This document shows positions 1-9,167 of a stretch of 24,066 nt of DNA, one piece after another. The stretch's first letter is position 1, and every line of letters begins with the position of its first letter. The notes beneath the pieces were generated by a model. That model was not told where the DNA came from. It made no database searches and saw only the letters and a list, made by a program, of their open reading frames with translations. The translations under genes and the position numbers were made by a program. This DNA is from a virus. Lineage: Duplodnaviria; Caudoviricetes. The stretch covers positions 1 through 24,066 of IMG/VR virus record IMGVR_UViG_3300020727_000077; one strand, given 5' to 3'.

Positions 1-889
1 TGTTTGAAGTTAATTGGTCATAAGTACCAATCGAAGCCAATCCATCTGTAGATGCTGTTCCTGAAGTACCGAAAGCGGCAGTAGAAGTAGAGCCACCAGT
101 GTAAACAGAGTTAGCACCAGCATATTGATTCAAACCACGAATACCATTAGAACCGCCAGTAGGATTACCAGTTGGAGATACTTGATCATTGTTTTGAATC
201 ATAGCAATACCTTCTTGCTGACTAAATTCAAGCAACATATCATCTACAACATTGGACTCTAAGCCATCGATATCGTCAAGAGCGGCAGTACGGATTGGGA
301 ACTGTACGTTAATATCTTGAAGAACTACTTGCCAAATATTGGTGTTTTCAGTTGTTGGAGCACCGTTGTTTTGGATTGCATAACCCCATTGAGCACCAGC
401 ATTGCCAGTTTTTGCACGGAACTGATAAACAGAACCATCAGTAGTTACATTGCGTGAAACTCCACGAAGTGGATTCATCAAACGCATTTTGTGGAATACA
501 GGATCGTAGGCTGTACGACCACCGACATTGTAACCGCCACCATAACCAGCTGGATTACCGATTTGTGAGCCATCTTCTTTTAAGTAGGCTTGATATTGTG
601 ATTCATCTTCAAACATGACGAATTCTTTTTCAAGACGACCTTTTTTAACCATCTTCTTCAACTGCTCAGTAACTAGACGATTAACATCTTGCTTTACTGA
701 TTTAGCTGGAGAACGCATGATTTCAGGAGCTTGCACTTGTGAAATTTTGGTTTCTAAAGCAATAACCTTTTCAGAGAATTCCGCTTTAGCGGCTTCAACT
801 GCGGCAACTGCTTCCTCTTTTACTGCTTGGATTTTGGCTTCGTTAGATACTTCAATAGCATCTAGCTTTTCCGTGATTTGCTCAATCAT
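1..889 (-). CDS. HK97-fold major capsid protein, N-terminal part (runs off window start)
   Basis: Not in the ORF track. ATG at 889 with AAGGA RBS, open to the window edge: MIEQITEKLDAIEVSNEAKIQAVKEEA...MRLMNPLRGVSRNVTT...IRTAALDDIDGLESNVVDDMLLEFSQQEGIAMIQ. Coiled-coil N-terminal delta-like region; lies directly downstream of the prohead protease. Confidence 0.93.
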   Translation of the reverse strand, partial: MIEQITEKLDAIEVSNEAKIQAVKEEAVAAVEAAKAEFSEKVIALETKISQVQAPEIMRSPAKSVKQDVNRLVTEQLKKMVKKGRLEKEFVMFEDESQYQAYLKEDGSQIGNPAGYGGGYNVGGRTAYDPVFHKMRLMNPLRGVSRNVTTDGSVYQFRAKTGNAGAQWGYAIQNNGAPTTENTNIWQVVLQDINVQFPIRTAALDDIDGLESNVVDDMLLEFSQQEGIAMIQNNDQVSPTGNPTGGSNGIRGLNQYAGANSVYTGGSTSTAAFGTSGTASTDGLASIGTYDQLTSN

Positions 890-899
890 AATAATTCCT

Positions 900-1691
900 T
901 TATTTGATGCGTTTAGATAATGCTTTCTTAATCTCTCTTAGCTCTAGAGCTTTAAGGATTTCGTCAGCTTCATTTACCACCGCTTCCAATTCACTTGGTT
1001 GTGGGGTTTCTTTAATAATCTTCTTGGTAGCATCACGCAACTCTAGAATTTTTTTAAAGACGGAAGATGCGGTGGTCGCACCCTTCTTGGAAAGTCCTGC
1101 CTCACGCAAGGCTTCCTCAACTAATCTAGGGTTAAGATGCCCTTCAGCATCAAAACACTCTAATTTATGGATTTCAGCATTTGGATTATTTGGATACATA
1201 ACAACTGAAACTTCACGCAAACCACCTTTAGTGATTTGGAAAAAAGATTCTTCATCATTATCATCATCTGTGGGGTCTCCGTATTGATCAACAAATTGGG
1301 CTTCATCTGCATAAGCACCAACAGAAACTCCACCAAAAAGATTTGGAGAGTTTTTTAATACTTCATATAGATCGGAACCTGTGGTGGTGTTCATAAACAA
1401 CTCACCTTTAGCAGTCATACCTTGTTTGTCAAAATTAAATTCATTCCATTGACCTACAGGCATGCCCATATCATTGTGATTTAAAAACATAGGCAAGGGT
1501 TTGCCGCTTTGTGCAAACTCATTAGCCCATTCCATAAAACCTTCAGGCTGGTAATTAAACTTACGACCATCAGCCCCAGTTCTAGACCCCCAAGTTGTAA
1601 CAACAGCCTCAAGTTGTCCGCTTGGGTTTTCCTTTGAGGATTGGTTGAGCTTTAACTTTGCTTCGCAGATTAGATTTAGGTTTTGATTCAT
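900..1691 (-). CDS. HK97-family prohead maturation protease
   Basis: MFLNHN (catalytic His), GVSVG (catalytic Ser) and LREVSVVMYPNNPNA motifs; sits between portal and capsid. Confidence 0.95.
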   Translation of the reverse strand: MNQNLNLICEAKLKLNQSSKENPSGQLEAVVTTWGSRTGADGRKFNYQPEGFMEWANEFAQSGKPLPMFLNHNDMGMPVGQWNEFNFDKQGMTAKGELFMNTTTGSDLYEVLKNSPNLFGGVSVGAYADEAQFVDQYGDPTDDDNDEESFFQITKGGLREVSVVMYPNNPNAEIHKLECFDAEGHLNPRLVEEALREAGLSKKGATTASSVFKKILELRDATKKIIKETPQPSELEAVVNEADEILKALELREIKKALSKRIK

Positions 1692-1824
1692 TTATAGCCC
1701 CATTGTTGATAGCTTGATTATTATCTTGTATTTTTGGGGACGGCACAGGTTTTTTTGGTAGTTTAACATTACTTTTATGAATCTGATAACCAAAAAGACC
1801 AATTATTTTATTAACTGTTTTCAT
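1609..1824 (-). CDS. small basic Lys/Pro/Asn-rich hypothetical protein
   Basis: ATG overlaps the portal TGA (ATGA coupling), fills the portal-protease gap and overlaps the protease by 83 nt. Confidence 0.45.
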   Translation of the reverse strand: MKTVNKIIGLFGYQIHKSNVKLPKKPVPSPKIQDNNQAINNGAINESKPKSNLRSKVKAQPILKGKPKRTT

Positions 1825-3266
1825 GTTTTCCCTATATTCATTTTTTTGGTTTGATTACCACCGCCACCGCCAGTATCTTGTGGTGAAGAACCCGGCAATG
1901 CTTGTACTTTAGCAGTTTTTGTAGCAATTGGAACATTATCTGAAGAAATAGCTTTTGCATTAACAGATAATAAGTCATCAGCACCATCCATTTTAGGCAT
2001 ATTCATATATTCTCTAGCTTCATTAGGCGTCATAATACCACCCGCAACTCCAGCATTTACAAAGTTCATTTGGTCTAATGCCGCACCTTTTAAGAAATCT
2101 TTTGTATCAAAACGAATTGCTAGATTTGGATAGCCTTTTAATAATGATTGCTTAAACTTTTGCTCAATGCTAATAATCATTGGGTACATGGTAGTTTTAT
2201 AGAATTCATCTAGCATGGTTTGTGTGTTATTAAACTTGCCAGCCGATAATCCAAGCATTTCAGGAGGTACACCAAACAGCCCGCAGATTCTTTTAGTGGT
2301 TTGGTCTTTTAGCTTAGCGGCATCTGCATCTTGTAGTGTCAGCATCTTAACAGGCTCATACTTCATACCGTTATCAAGCATAATACTTTGACCTGGTTTG
2401 CTTAAATCAGTAGGTTTAGAGCCAGTCATACTAGACCATGCTTCTGCCAATCGACCTTTGATTTCTTTAAATTTCACATCTGGAATAACTTGGTCAGTCA
2501 CGAACATACCGCTAGGTTTTGCACCATTTTGCATAACAAAGTTGGCATATAAATCAATATCTTGATCTAAGGCAACCAATTCAGTAGCCAGAATGCCTTT
2601 GTTGAAACCAGCAGAACCTTGCCAAGCGGCTTCTGAAATATGAATTACTTGATGTGCGGCTAATGGCTCATCCCGATTAAAACCATAACTAGGTGTAGAC
2701 AAGCGATAAGTAGGGTATCTTGCTGGATTCATTTGCGTTGTTATCAGCGTGGAATCCAAGTTATATAGTTCTATTGGTGTTTGTGAAGCATCACCTTGGT
2801 CTTTACGGAACAGTAGCGTAAAGGTTTCGCCAGATAACAGATACCACATACACCATTGATACCAAAACTCATATTGGCTTTGGAAATTATTAGGTTCTTG
2901 CAAAAGATTAAGAACTTGTTTTGCCTTTGCTTTATCCCTTGCTCCAGCTTTATCAGAAGCCAAAGCATCTTCAAAAATGCCTTCGTCTGTCTTATAAGCT
3001 ATGTAAATACTGCATTGTGCTAATGCTCTGGCAATAACTCCAACGCAAGACATAATTGTGCTGTTTCTTGTCAGCACAGACATATCTACAATCCGACCAG
3101 CGGATGTAGTTGAGCTTGTGGTTACATAAAGTAGCTGAAAATTTGCACCGCCTTTACCATCTTGGGTCTGGCGAACAATCTGATTACCTAATTGGGTTTG
3201 TCCAAAAAGGGTATTATTTTCTTTTACTACTGTTTTCTTAGTGCGGAAAATGTCTAAAACACCCAT
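1821..3266 (-). CDS. HK97-family portal protein
   Basis: NSTIMSCVGVIARALAQ, PNNFQSQYEFW, NGAKPSG, ICGLFGVPP and GIMTPNEARE motifs. Start placed at ATG 3266, which has a GGGAG RBS (track start is 3278). Confidence 0.96.
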   Translation of the reverse strand: MGVLDIFRTKKTVVKENNTLFGQTQLGNQIVRQTQDGKGGANFQLLYVTTSSTTSAGRIVDMSVLTRNSTIMSCVGVIARALAQCSIYIAYKTDEGIFEDALASDKAGARDKAKAKQVLNLLQEPNNFQSQYEFWYQWCMWYLLSGETFTLLFRKDQGDASQTPIELYNLDSTLITTQMNPARYPTYRLSTPSYGFNRDEPLAAHQVIHISEAAWQGSAGFNKGILATELVALDQDIDLYANFVMQNGAKPSGMFVTDQVIPDVKFKEIKGRLAEAWSSMTGSKPTDLSKPGQSIMLDNGMKYEPVKMLTLQDADAAKLKDQTTKRICGLFGVPPEMLGLSAGKFNNTQTMLDEFYKTTMYPMIISIEQKFKQSLLKGYPNLAIRFDTKDFLKGAALDQMNFVNAGVAGGIMTPNEAREYMNMPKMDGADDLLSVNAKAISSDNVPIATKTAKVQALPGSSPQDTGGGGGNQTKKMNIGKT

Positions 3267-3295
3267 ATAAACTCCCAATTTTTTACGATATTACC

Positions 3296-4957
3296 TCAAA
3301 AACTACGGAATCCAAAGCTATTTGATATGAATGGGTTATCTAATGAGCAATGTGCCGCAATAATCATAGCAATTATGCCATCAACTTTAGCAGATTTGTC
3401 AGCTTCATTTTTCCTAATTTTTATGTTGCCATTTACATCCTCATAAACTTCACAGTTGCCTAATTGCCACCCAAGAAAAGGGTTTCCATCATGACGGATT
3501 TGATTATTTAGTATTAGTTTCTCAACATATTTTGATGGATTTGATAAAACACTCATACCTTGTCCAACTTTTTTAACAGGAACCCCGTTATCGTGCAGTC
3601 GCGCAACTAATGAAGCCGCATTATAAGCATCATATCCCACCTCTTTCACATCATACTTTTCACATTGTTGCATTATGTAAGCAGAGATTTCCCTATCATC
3701 CATGACATTACCCTCAGTCAGTCTAAGTATCTTGGAATCTATTGCAACACGGAAAATATCTTGATAATGCTTAGGAATCATCTCGTAACCAGCTTGTGGT
3801 AGAAAGAATTGCCATTCAGCGTAGTAATCCATTTCGCCATAGCGCTTTAAGGTGCATACGGCATTTAAATCTCGTGTGGCGGCTAAGTCAAAGCCAATAA
3901 AGACTGCCTCTGGTTCTCTATCGTCAGGTTCGGATATAGCTTTATCCCACATATCTCTGTCTAGCCAAGCGGTATTAGCACTTACATAGATGTTTAGGGT
4001 TTTGCAAAGAAATTCGTTTAATACAGCAGGCTTATGCTTTGCTTCCTCTGCTCGTTGGGCGATTGCTTCCTCAAAGACGGATATTCCGTGCATAGGATTT
4101 GCTTTTGCCCAAGTATTAGGCTCACGCCAATCATCCTGTGGGTCTAAGCCATATAGCAATCCAAACCATCTAGGGTTATCACCAGCTTCCCCATTAAGCA
4201 TAGATTGCACCATGCTCATATCTTCATAAAACTTCGTGTCTTTAGTAAAAGATGCAGTTGTAATATAGATTCGCAATGGGTTTTGTCTTGCGACCATACC
4301 TGAATGTAATACCTCAATGGAATTTCTATCCACAATTTGAGCAGCTTCATCCACAATTACGCAAGATGGATTTTTTCCGTCTCCTGATTTTTTGGTGTCT
4401 CTAGAAAGGGCTTTAAAAGTGGATTGCGAATCTCCGCCCTTTTTTACTTCGTATCTTGATATGTTATAAAGTGCCTGTAAATCAGTAGGCATATTCTCTA
4501 CGAATCCTTTAGCGGCATCAAACACAATGGTAGCCTGCTCTCTATTGGTTGCTAGGGTAAATACCTCTGCTCCAGCTTCACCGCATAGCAACTCATATAG
4601 TGCTATTGCGGCTGTAATAGTTGATTTTCCAGCTTTGCGAGGAATAAAGACAATTACATCAGTAACCATCCTCTTGGTTCTATCCCTTTTTCCACGAAAG
4701 CCATAGATAGCACAAATAATAAAAATCTGAAAAGGCTCTAGGATTATGGGATCACCCGCTTGTGGTCCTTTGGTGTGCTTTAAATTTTGGCAAAAGGACA
4801 GAAAATGTTGTGGCACTCTTTCATCGAATTGCCATTCCCATTCTTTATTTTCGTATTGATTAATAAAGCGTTGGCAAGCTAAACGAACATCTCTGCAGAC
4901 ATTAATTTCGCCTTTTATTACATCGTGGGCATATTCAAGCCCAGTCTCCCACCTCAT
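3296..4957 (-). CDS. terL: terminase large subunit
   Basis: Walker A PRKAGKST, Walker B VIVDE, motif III ITTA, nuclease GFDLA and KVDGIIA. Confidence 0.97.
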   Translation of the reverse strand: MRWETGLEYAHDVIKGEINVCRDVRLACQRFINQYENKEWEWQFDERVPQHFLSFCQNLKHTKGPQAGDPIILEPFQIFIICAIYGFRGKRDRTKRMVTDVIVFIPRKAGKSTITAAIALYELLCGEAGAEVFTLATNREQATIVFDAAKGFVENMPTDLQALYNISRYEVKKGGDSQSTFKALSRDTKKSGDGKNPSCVIVDEAAQIVDRNSIEVLHSGMVARQNPLRIYITTASFTKDTKFYEDMSMVQSMLNGEAGDNPRWFGLLYGLDPQDDWREPNTWAKANPMHGISVFEEAIAQRAEEAKHKPAVLNEFLCKTLNIYVSANTAWLDRDMWDKAISEPDDREPEAVFIGFDLAATRDLNAVCTLKRYGEMDYYAEWQFFLPQAGYEMIPKHYQDIFRVAIDSKILRLTEGNVMDDREISAYIMQQCEKYDVKEVGYDAYNAASLVARLHDNGVPVKKVGQGMSVLSNPSKYVEKLILNNQIRHDGNPFLGWQLGNCEVYEDVNGNIKIRKNEADKSAKVDGIIAMIIAAHCSLDNPFISNSFGFRSF

Positions 4958-5451
4958 GAAGCAAATGGTCCTTTAAGAAATTGCGATACAGGACTATTAC
5001 TTTCTACCTTGCCAGATGAGAGCCTGCCTCTAGGGGTAAGCCCTAACTCATTCATTAACTGGATAATTAATGTGGTTGCTTTATTGCGAATGCTTAACCA
5101 AGGGCTAGGAGCAAGAGTAGCATTATTGTTTTGCGGTATTACAAGTCGGCTTTGTCTTTTACCGCTATCGTCTTTAAACTGTAGCATCTTGGAACAGTCC
5201 ACATAAACCTCTATTTGGTCTGCCAGCATGGATAAAGCGTGTTTATCTTGGTCATTTCCAATGCCATAAACTGAATGTAGAAATTCCGCAGTTTCATCTA
5301 TGAACTGTTGTTTATCCCATGCGTCAGGATTATCCAACCATTCGGCTCTAGGAATTCTTTTTCTAATACTGTCAGGCAAAGTGGCTAAGTCGCCTCTGGT
5401 TCTAGACTTTGTGCCATCGACTATGTGAAGCTCTGGTGGTTTTTTATTCAT
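4954..5451 (-). CDS. terS: terminase small subunit (P27-like)
   Basis: KPPELHIVDG N-terminus and SPWLSIRNKA...ELGLTPRGR C-terminal motif; ATGA-coupled to terL. Confidence 0.9.
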   Translation of the reverse strand: MNKKPPELHIVDGTKSRTRGDLATLPDSIRKRIPRAEWLDNPDAWDKQQFIDETAEFLHSVYGIGNDQDKHALSMLADQIEVYVDCSKMLQFKDDSGKRQSRLVIPQNNNATLAPSPWLSIRNKATTLIIQLMNELGLTPRGRLSSGKVESNSPVSQFLKGPFAS

Positions 5452-5457
5452 GGGTGC

Positions 5458-5487
5458 ATCCTAGCCTAAGACACCCCCCTCTGTCAA
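5458..5487 (-). promoter_or_regulatory. putative sigma70-like promoter for terS
   Basis: TTGACA (5487-5482), 18-nt spacer, TAGGAT (5463-5458), then only 6 nt before the terS ATG. Confidence 0.45.
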
Positions 5488-5541
5488 ATTACATTACACT
5501 TGATTTATGGTCATGATGAATCCAAGAGCATGTGTGCTACT

Positions 5542-5985
5542 TTAAGTTTCAACGGAAATATTGCTTTGACTGACCACATACCCATAGTCGGACAAGCTGT
5601 AAACGGTTTTTTTATTTGTGTAATGTTCAACGATACCCTTTTGTTCCAATACTGTCTTGTGTGAATGGCACTCTACACATAACGATTGGAATAGGTTGTT
5701 GGTAAACGCATGGTCTCCTATCTGTGCCCATGGAAAGACATGATCAACTACATTAGCTTGACATACTCTGCCAGCCAATAAACAACTTACGCAAAGTGGA
5801 GAACGACTCAGTTGTATTCGTTTGGTTTGCTTCCAGAATGGGCTTTTGTATTGCTGTTGCCTATCCCATCTTTCCTGTGATACTTCCTTTCTTATTCCAT
5901 GCTTTTCACAGAATGAGCTTTTACCTATTCGTTGTTCTTTACAACCTAACTCTATGCACTTGGTATAGGTAGGTAAGGTAGGCAT
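5542..5985 (-). CDS. packaging-associated HNH endonuclease (HK97 gp74-like)
   Basis: PLCVSC...VVDHVFP...NLFQSLCVECHSHKT; N-terminal CxxxGC...FCEKH; immediately upstream of terS. Confidence 0.9.
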   Translation of the reverse strand: MPTLPTYTKCIELGCKEQRIGKSSFCEKHGIRKEVSQERWDRQQQYKSPFWKQTKRIQLSRSPLCVSCLLAGRVCQANVVDHVFPWAQIGDHAFTNNLFQSLCVECHSHKTVLEQKGIVEHYTNKKTVYSLSDYGYVVSQSNISVET

Positions 5986-6407
5986 TATGGTGTTGGATCC
6001 TCTACGATATGTATAGGGTTATTGTCTATCCAAATATCTATATCTACACCAATGCTTTTAACATAGTCTAATTTAGCTTTGCCCATGGTAAAGATAATGT
6101 GATCTTTGTCTAATACTTTCCCAATACTATCCATAAGCTGTTCGTTTTGCTTTTCGCCAGTATGATGGGTTACACAATACACATCCCATTTACGCATCCA
6201 GCACATATAAATAAAAGTATCCCAAAATTTAGGGTCTGCGGAATAAGTATTATGGTAATCTAGAGCAACGGAAAGATTTTTCTCTCTCTTTTCCTCTTTA
6301 AAACCGCTTGCATGGGCGGCTGAAGCTACTTGTAATGCTTTGGATTTCGTTGTGAATGGTCCTTTTGATCCCCAATACCAGCCATCTTGCTTTTTAATAA
6401 CAGGCAT
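5985..6407 (-). CDS. HAD-like domain protein with short N-terminal basic module
   Basis: VALDYHNT resembles HAD motif I, CVT motif II, K...IDIWIDNNP motifs III/IV. Start placed at ATG 6407 with GGAG RBS (track start is 6428). Confidence 0.6.
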   Translation of the reverse strand: MPVIKKQDGWYWGSKGPFTTKSKALQVASAAHASGFKEEKREKNLSVALDYHNTYSADPKFWDTFIYMCWMRKWDVYCVTHHTGEKQNEQLMDSIGKVLDKDHIIFTMGKAKLDYVKSIGVDIDIWIDNNPIHIVEDPTP

Positions 6408-6418
6408 AAGAATCTCCA

Positions 6419-6613
6419 TTATTTCCAATCGCCTTTGTTGCCACGATTACCAAGTCTCCATTGTAAAGTAAAGTCATCAGAATATCTCCACCATTTTGGC
6501 TGCATTGTATAACTATTACAATATTCTCTAAATGTTCGTAAACCCCATTCTTTTCGCCATGCTAACAACTGTCTAATACCGCATCTATAAATTTCTTTTT
6601 CAACTTTGTTCAT
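6419..6613 (-). CDS. hypothetical protein
   Basis: 64-aa Trp/Arg-rich ORF tightly packed in the operon. Confidence 0.7.
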   Translation of the reverse strand: MNKVEKEIYRCGIRQLLAWRKEWGLRTFREYCNSYTMQPKWWRYSDDFTLQWRLGNRGNKGDWK

Positions 6614-7484
6614 TTTGTGCCTTAACGAATTCTTTTAATGTTTCGGATTTGATGTTTGGATTTACTACTTTCAATGTCATTCCATAGTTATTTTTTTCTA
6701 AATTATCCCAGTCAATATCTTTTCTTCTAATAAGCTGTGTATCAAAACCTTTCCATTGATTTGCTACCACATGTTGTGGTCTGCCATATCTTCTGTCCGT
6801 TTTAACGACTCCAGGCCACATTCTTTCTAATGATTTAGCCATTGTTAAACGACCATCGTTCTTATAAAGAACATCAGTATTTCCGCCTTTCATGGTCATA
6901 GTTGCCATTTTTTCTATCAAAAACGCATTCATTAATACGGTACACCATCCACCAGAAAGCACTTGTAAGCATAAATCGGTATCCTCGTTGTATCTTCCAC
7001 GCCAACGATAATCTAAGTCATTTCTTATAAGCAAAGTGCTATAAACATGGCAGTTTAGGTAAAAAGGTGGCATTTTGTTTATTGCAAAGAATGTATAGTT
7101 CATTCCAGCAATAGCAATGTTTTCGTATCTATCCGTAAAATCTTCGGTTGCTTTAAATGCTGGTAAAGAATTGCATATAATACGCTTTCCTTTTTGCAAC
7201 CTACGCATAAAGCGTATATTGTCATCCAATATCCAGTGCTTAAAATGACCATTTTTCTTGCTATGTTCCCAACAGAAATTTCTTGCTGGTATTGATCCAA
7301 GACCTAAATTGCTAAAAGGAAGGGCTAATATGCGGTCAGAACCATATCTTTCTGCATATTCATTTTTTTCTTGTGGCTCCACTACCAAAAAGAAATCAAC
7401 ATTATCTTTTATAAGAAACTTTGCGGTTAAGCAATTCTCATATCTACCTTTAGAGATTACATAAACTGGATATCTTGTATTCAT
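6600..7484 (-). CDS. TAGT / GREB1-like GT-A glycosyltransferase
   Basis: YPVYVISKGR, VVEPQE, ARNFCWEHS, HWILDDNI, RYNEDTDL and MKGGNT motifs typical of TET-associated glycosyltransferases. Confidence 0.82.
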   Translation of the reverse strand: MNTRYPVYVISKGRYENCLTAKFLIKDNVDFFLVVEPQEKNEYAERYGSDRILALPFSNLGLGSIPARNFCWEHSKKNGHFKHWILDDNIRFMRRLQKGKRIICNSLPAFKATEDFTDRYENIAIAGMNYTFFAINKMPPFYLNCHVYSTLLIRNDLDYRWRGRYNEDTDLCLQVLSGGWCTVLMNAFLIEKMATMTMKGGNTDVLYKNDGRLTMAKSLERMWPGVVKTDRRYGRPQHVVANQWKGFDTQLIRRKDIDWDNLEKNNYGMTLKVVNPNIKSETLKEFVKAQNEQS

Positions 7485-8245
7485 TTTCTAATTAAAGGAA
7501 AGTCAAACTTTTTCCAAATATGCCCTAAATCATGGTTAGGTCTACCCCATTTTTTACTCATGGTAATTAAATGAGGCCAATTTTTCATTAGCACTTTTGT
7601 TCTTTGCAGTCTGCCATCATCTTTATAAAGATCGCAGTTACCGCCTTTATTTGATCCGCTAGTTACAGTATCGAACACATATACATTCATTGAAACAGTA
7701 CATAAATGCCCTGAAAGAACTTGCAATGTCATGTCTGTATCCTCGCCCAAGCATCTCCACCTATGAGGAACGGAATTATTAAACAAAATACATCCATAAA
7801 CTTGTTGGTTTACTTGAAAAGGCTTGCTTTTAGAAAATGCAAACACTTTGCTTGATAAGCCAATGATACCAATATTGGAATACATATCGCTAAATTGCTC
7901 TATTTTTTTAAATGCTTCGCCAGCATTTACTCTGCTACCTTTGCCTTTTGTGTAATAGTAGATTTGTTTTAAATCGTCATCCAGTTGCCAATGCCATTGA
8001 TGACCTTCTGCTTGACTATGATCTCTTATAAAATTGCGTACAGGCACAGGACCTAATTTTTGCTCAGAAAATGCTTCTGGAGTAACAATAATCCTGTCTT
8101 TACCATATTTTTCTATATATAAATCAGCTTCCTGAGGTTCGACAGCGATTCTAAAATTTACTTTATCTTCAATTAAAAAATCGGCTGTCGTGCAAGCATC
8201 CCATCTACCTTTGGAAAGGATATAAACAGGGTATTTAGGCATCAT
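7481..8245 (-). CDS. TAGT / GREB1-like GT-A glycosyltransferase (paralog)
   Basis: YPVYILSKGR, AVEPQE, VRNFIRDHS, HWQLDDDL, GEDTDM and NKGGNC; colinear with the 6600..7484 protein. Confidence 0.82.
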   Translation of the reverse strand: MMPKYPVYILSKGRWDACTTADFLIEDKVNFRIAVEPQEADLYIEKYGKDRIIVTPEAFSEQKLGPVPVRNFIRDHSQAEGHQWHWQLDDDLKQIYYYTKGKGSRVNAGEAFKKIEQFSDMYSNIGIIGLSSKVFAFSKSKPFQVNQQVYGCILFNNSVPHRWRCLGEDTDMTLQVLSGHLCTVSMNVYVFDTVTSGSNKGGNCDLYKDDGRLQRTKVLMKNWPHLITMSKKWGRPNHDLGHIWKKFDFPLIRK

Positions 8246-8891
8246 ACATCACCGAAGATACATCCTCTTTTTCTCTATGAGGCCACCAATACGACCAAGT
8301 CAATCCATCTGGTTTTCCAGTATTCATTCCTGAAATTTCAGCAAACTTTTGTCTGTCCTCAGCATTACGGAACTGTATGCTAATTCGCAAAGCATTTTCT
8401 TTAGGCTCATAGTCAGGCATACCTATCCATTCCGCCGCTTCCTTAATGGATGCTATTTCGTTAGATGGGCGAGTAACCATTACAAGATTAGCTAACATCA
8501 TTTCGTCATAACCTGTTCCGAGCAATCCTTCTACATCCATTTCCATAATTTCTTTAAGAATTTTTGATAATTCTCTGTCATCAACTTCTGCTAACCTACC
8601 TAATTCATTGTCTCCAGCAAGTACTTTAAGAGCTTTGGTGCTGTTCGCATCTATTTCCAACCTAATCACAGGCACCTCTTTTAAACCTAGCTTACGGCTT
8701 GCTTTAACGACACCATGACCAGCAAGAATTGTATAGTCTTTAGCTACTACAACATTTCTATAAAACCCATGTTGTTCTATGCTTTTCATTAAATGCTCAA
8801 GCTGATCATCTGGATGCTCTCTATAGTTTTTTGGGTGATTTTTGAGCTTTTCAATATCAACATGCTTTGGCTCATGGATTTTTACAGTCAT
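8235..8891 (-). CDS. ParB/Srx N-terminal domain protein
   Basis: HPKNYREH...SIEQHGF...ILAGHGVVKA...EVPV...GDN, plus an extra C-terminal EWIGMPDY...QFRNAEDRQKFA...SYWWP domain. Confidence 0.88.
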   Translation of the reverse strand: MTVKIHEPKHVDIEKLKNHPKNYREHPDDQLEHLMKSIEQHGFYRNVVVAKDYTILAGHGVVKASRKLGLKEVPVIRLEIDANSTKALKVLAGDNELGRLAEVDDRELSKILKEIMEMDVEGLLGTGYDEMMLANLVMVTRPSNEIASIKEAAEWIGMPDYEPKENALRISIQFRNAEDRQKFAEISGMNTGKPDGLTWSYWWPHREKEDVSSVMYDA

Positions 8892-9133
8892 TTGCTCTCC
8901 TGTTTAGGTAATGGTGTTGAATAATATTTATATAACCAAACTCGTTTTCTTTGTTTTGGGTTGTCATTTGGAATAGACTCTCTACTTAAATATCTTTGTC
9001 TAAGTAAGTATGATAAAGCCATAGATATTTCGCTTGACTTTAAATCTTTAATAAATTCTTTTAAGTCAGCTAACGTCATATCTTGTGAATGTTGCAAAAA
9101 AGCATTTCTTACTTTGGTTGCGGCATTAGCCAT
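8888..9133 (-). CDS. small winged-HTH-like DNA-binding protein
   Basis: MTLADLKEFIKDLKSSEISMALSYLLRQRYLSRE...VWLY pattern. Start placed at ATG 9133 with AGGGG RBS (track start is TTG 9193). Confidence 0.6.
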   Translation of the reverse strand: MANAATKVRNAFLQHSQDMTLADLKEFIKDLKSSEISMALSYLLRQRYLSRESIPNDNPKQRKRVWLYKYYSTPLPKQESK

Positions 9134-9167
9134 AAAATATCCCCTATTAGTATTAGATAGGGGATAT
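9134..9167 (-). terminator. hairpin / putative intrinsic terminator that contains the downstream RBS
   Basis: Perfect 11-bp inverted repeat ATATCCCCTAT (9137-9147 / 9157-9167), 9-nt loop, short T run after it on the minus strand; just after the DUF932 stop. Confidence 0.6.

Noticed and set aside
615-5206. Track ORFs 615..920, 904..1287, 2771..2974, 3990..4229, 4925..5206
   Set aside because: Antisense or out-of-frame shadows of capsid, protease, portal and terminase genes, with no recognisable motifs.
8235-8891. Plasmid-prophage partition system
   Set aside because: Only the ParB N-terminal domain is present, with no ParA or centromere-binding HTH; the context is modification and packaging.
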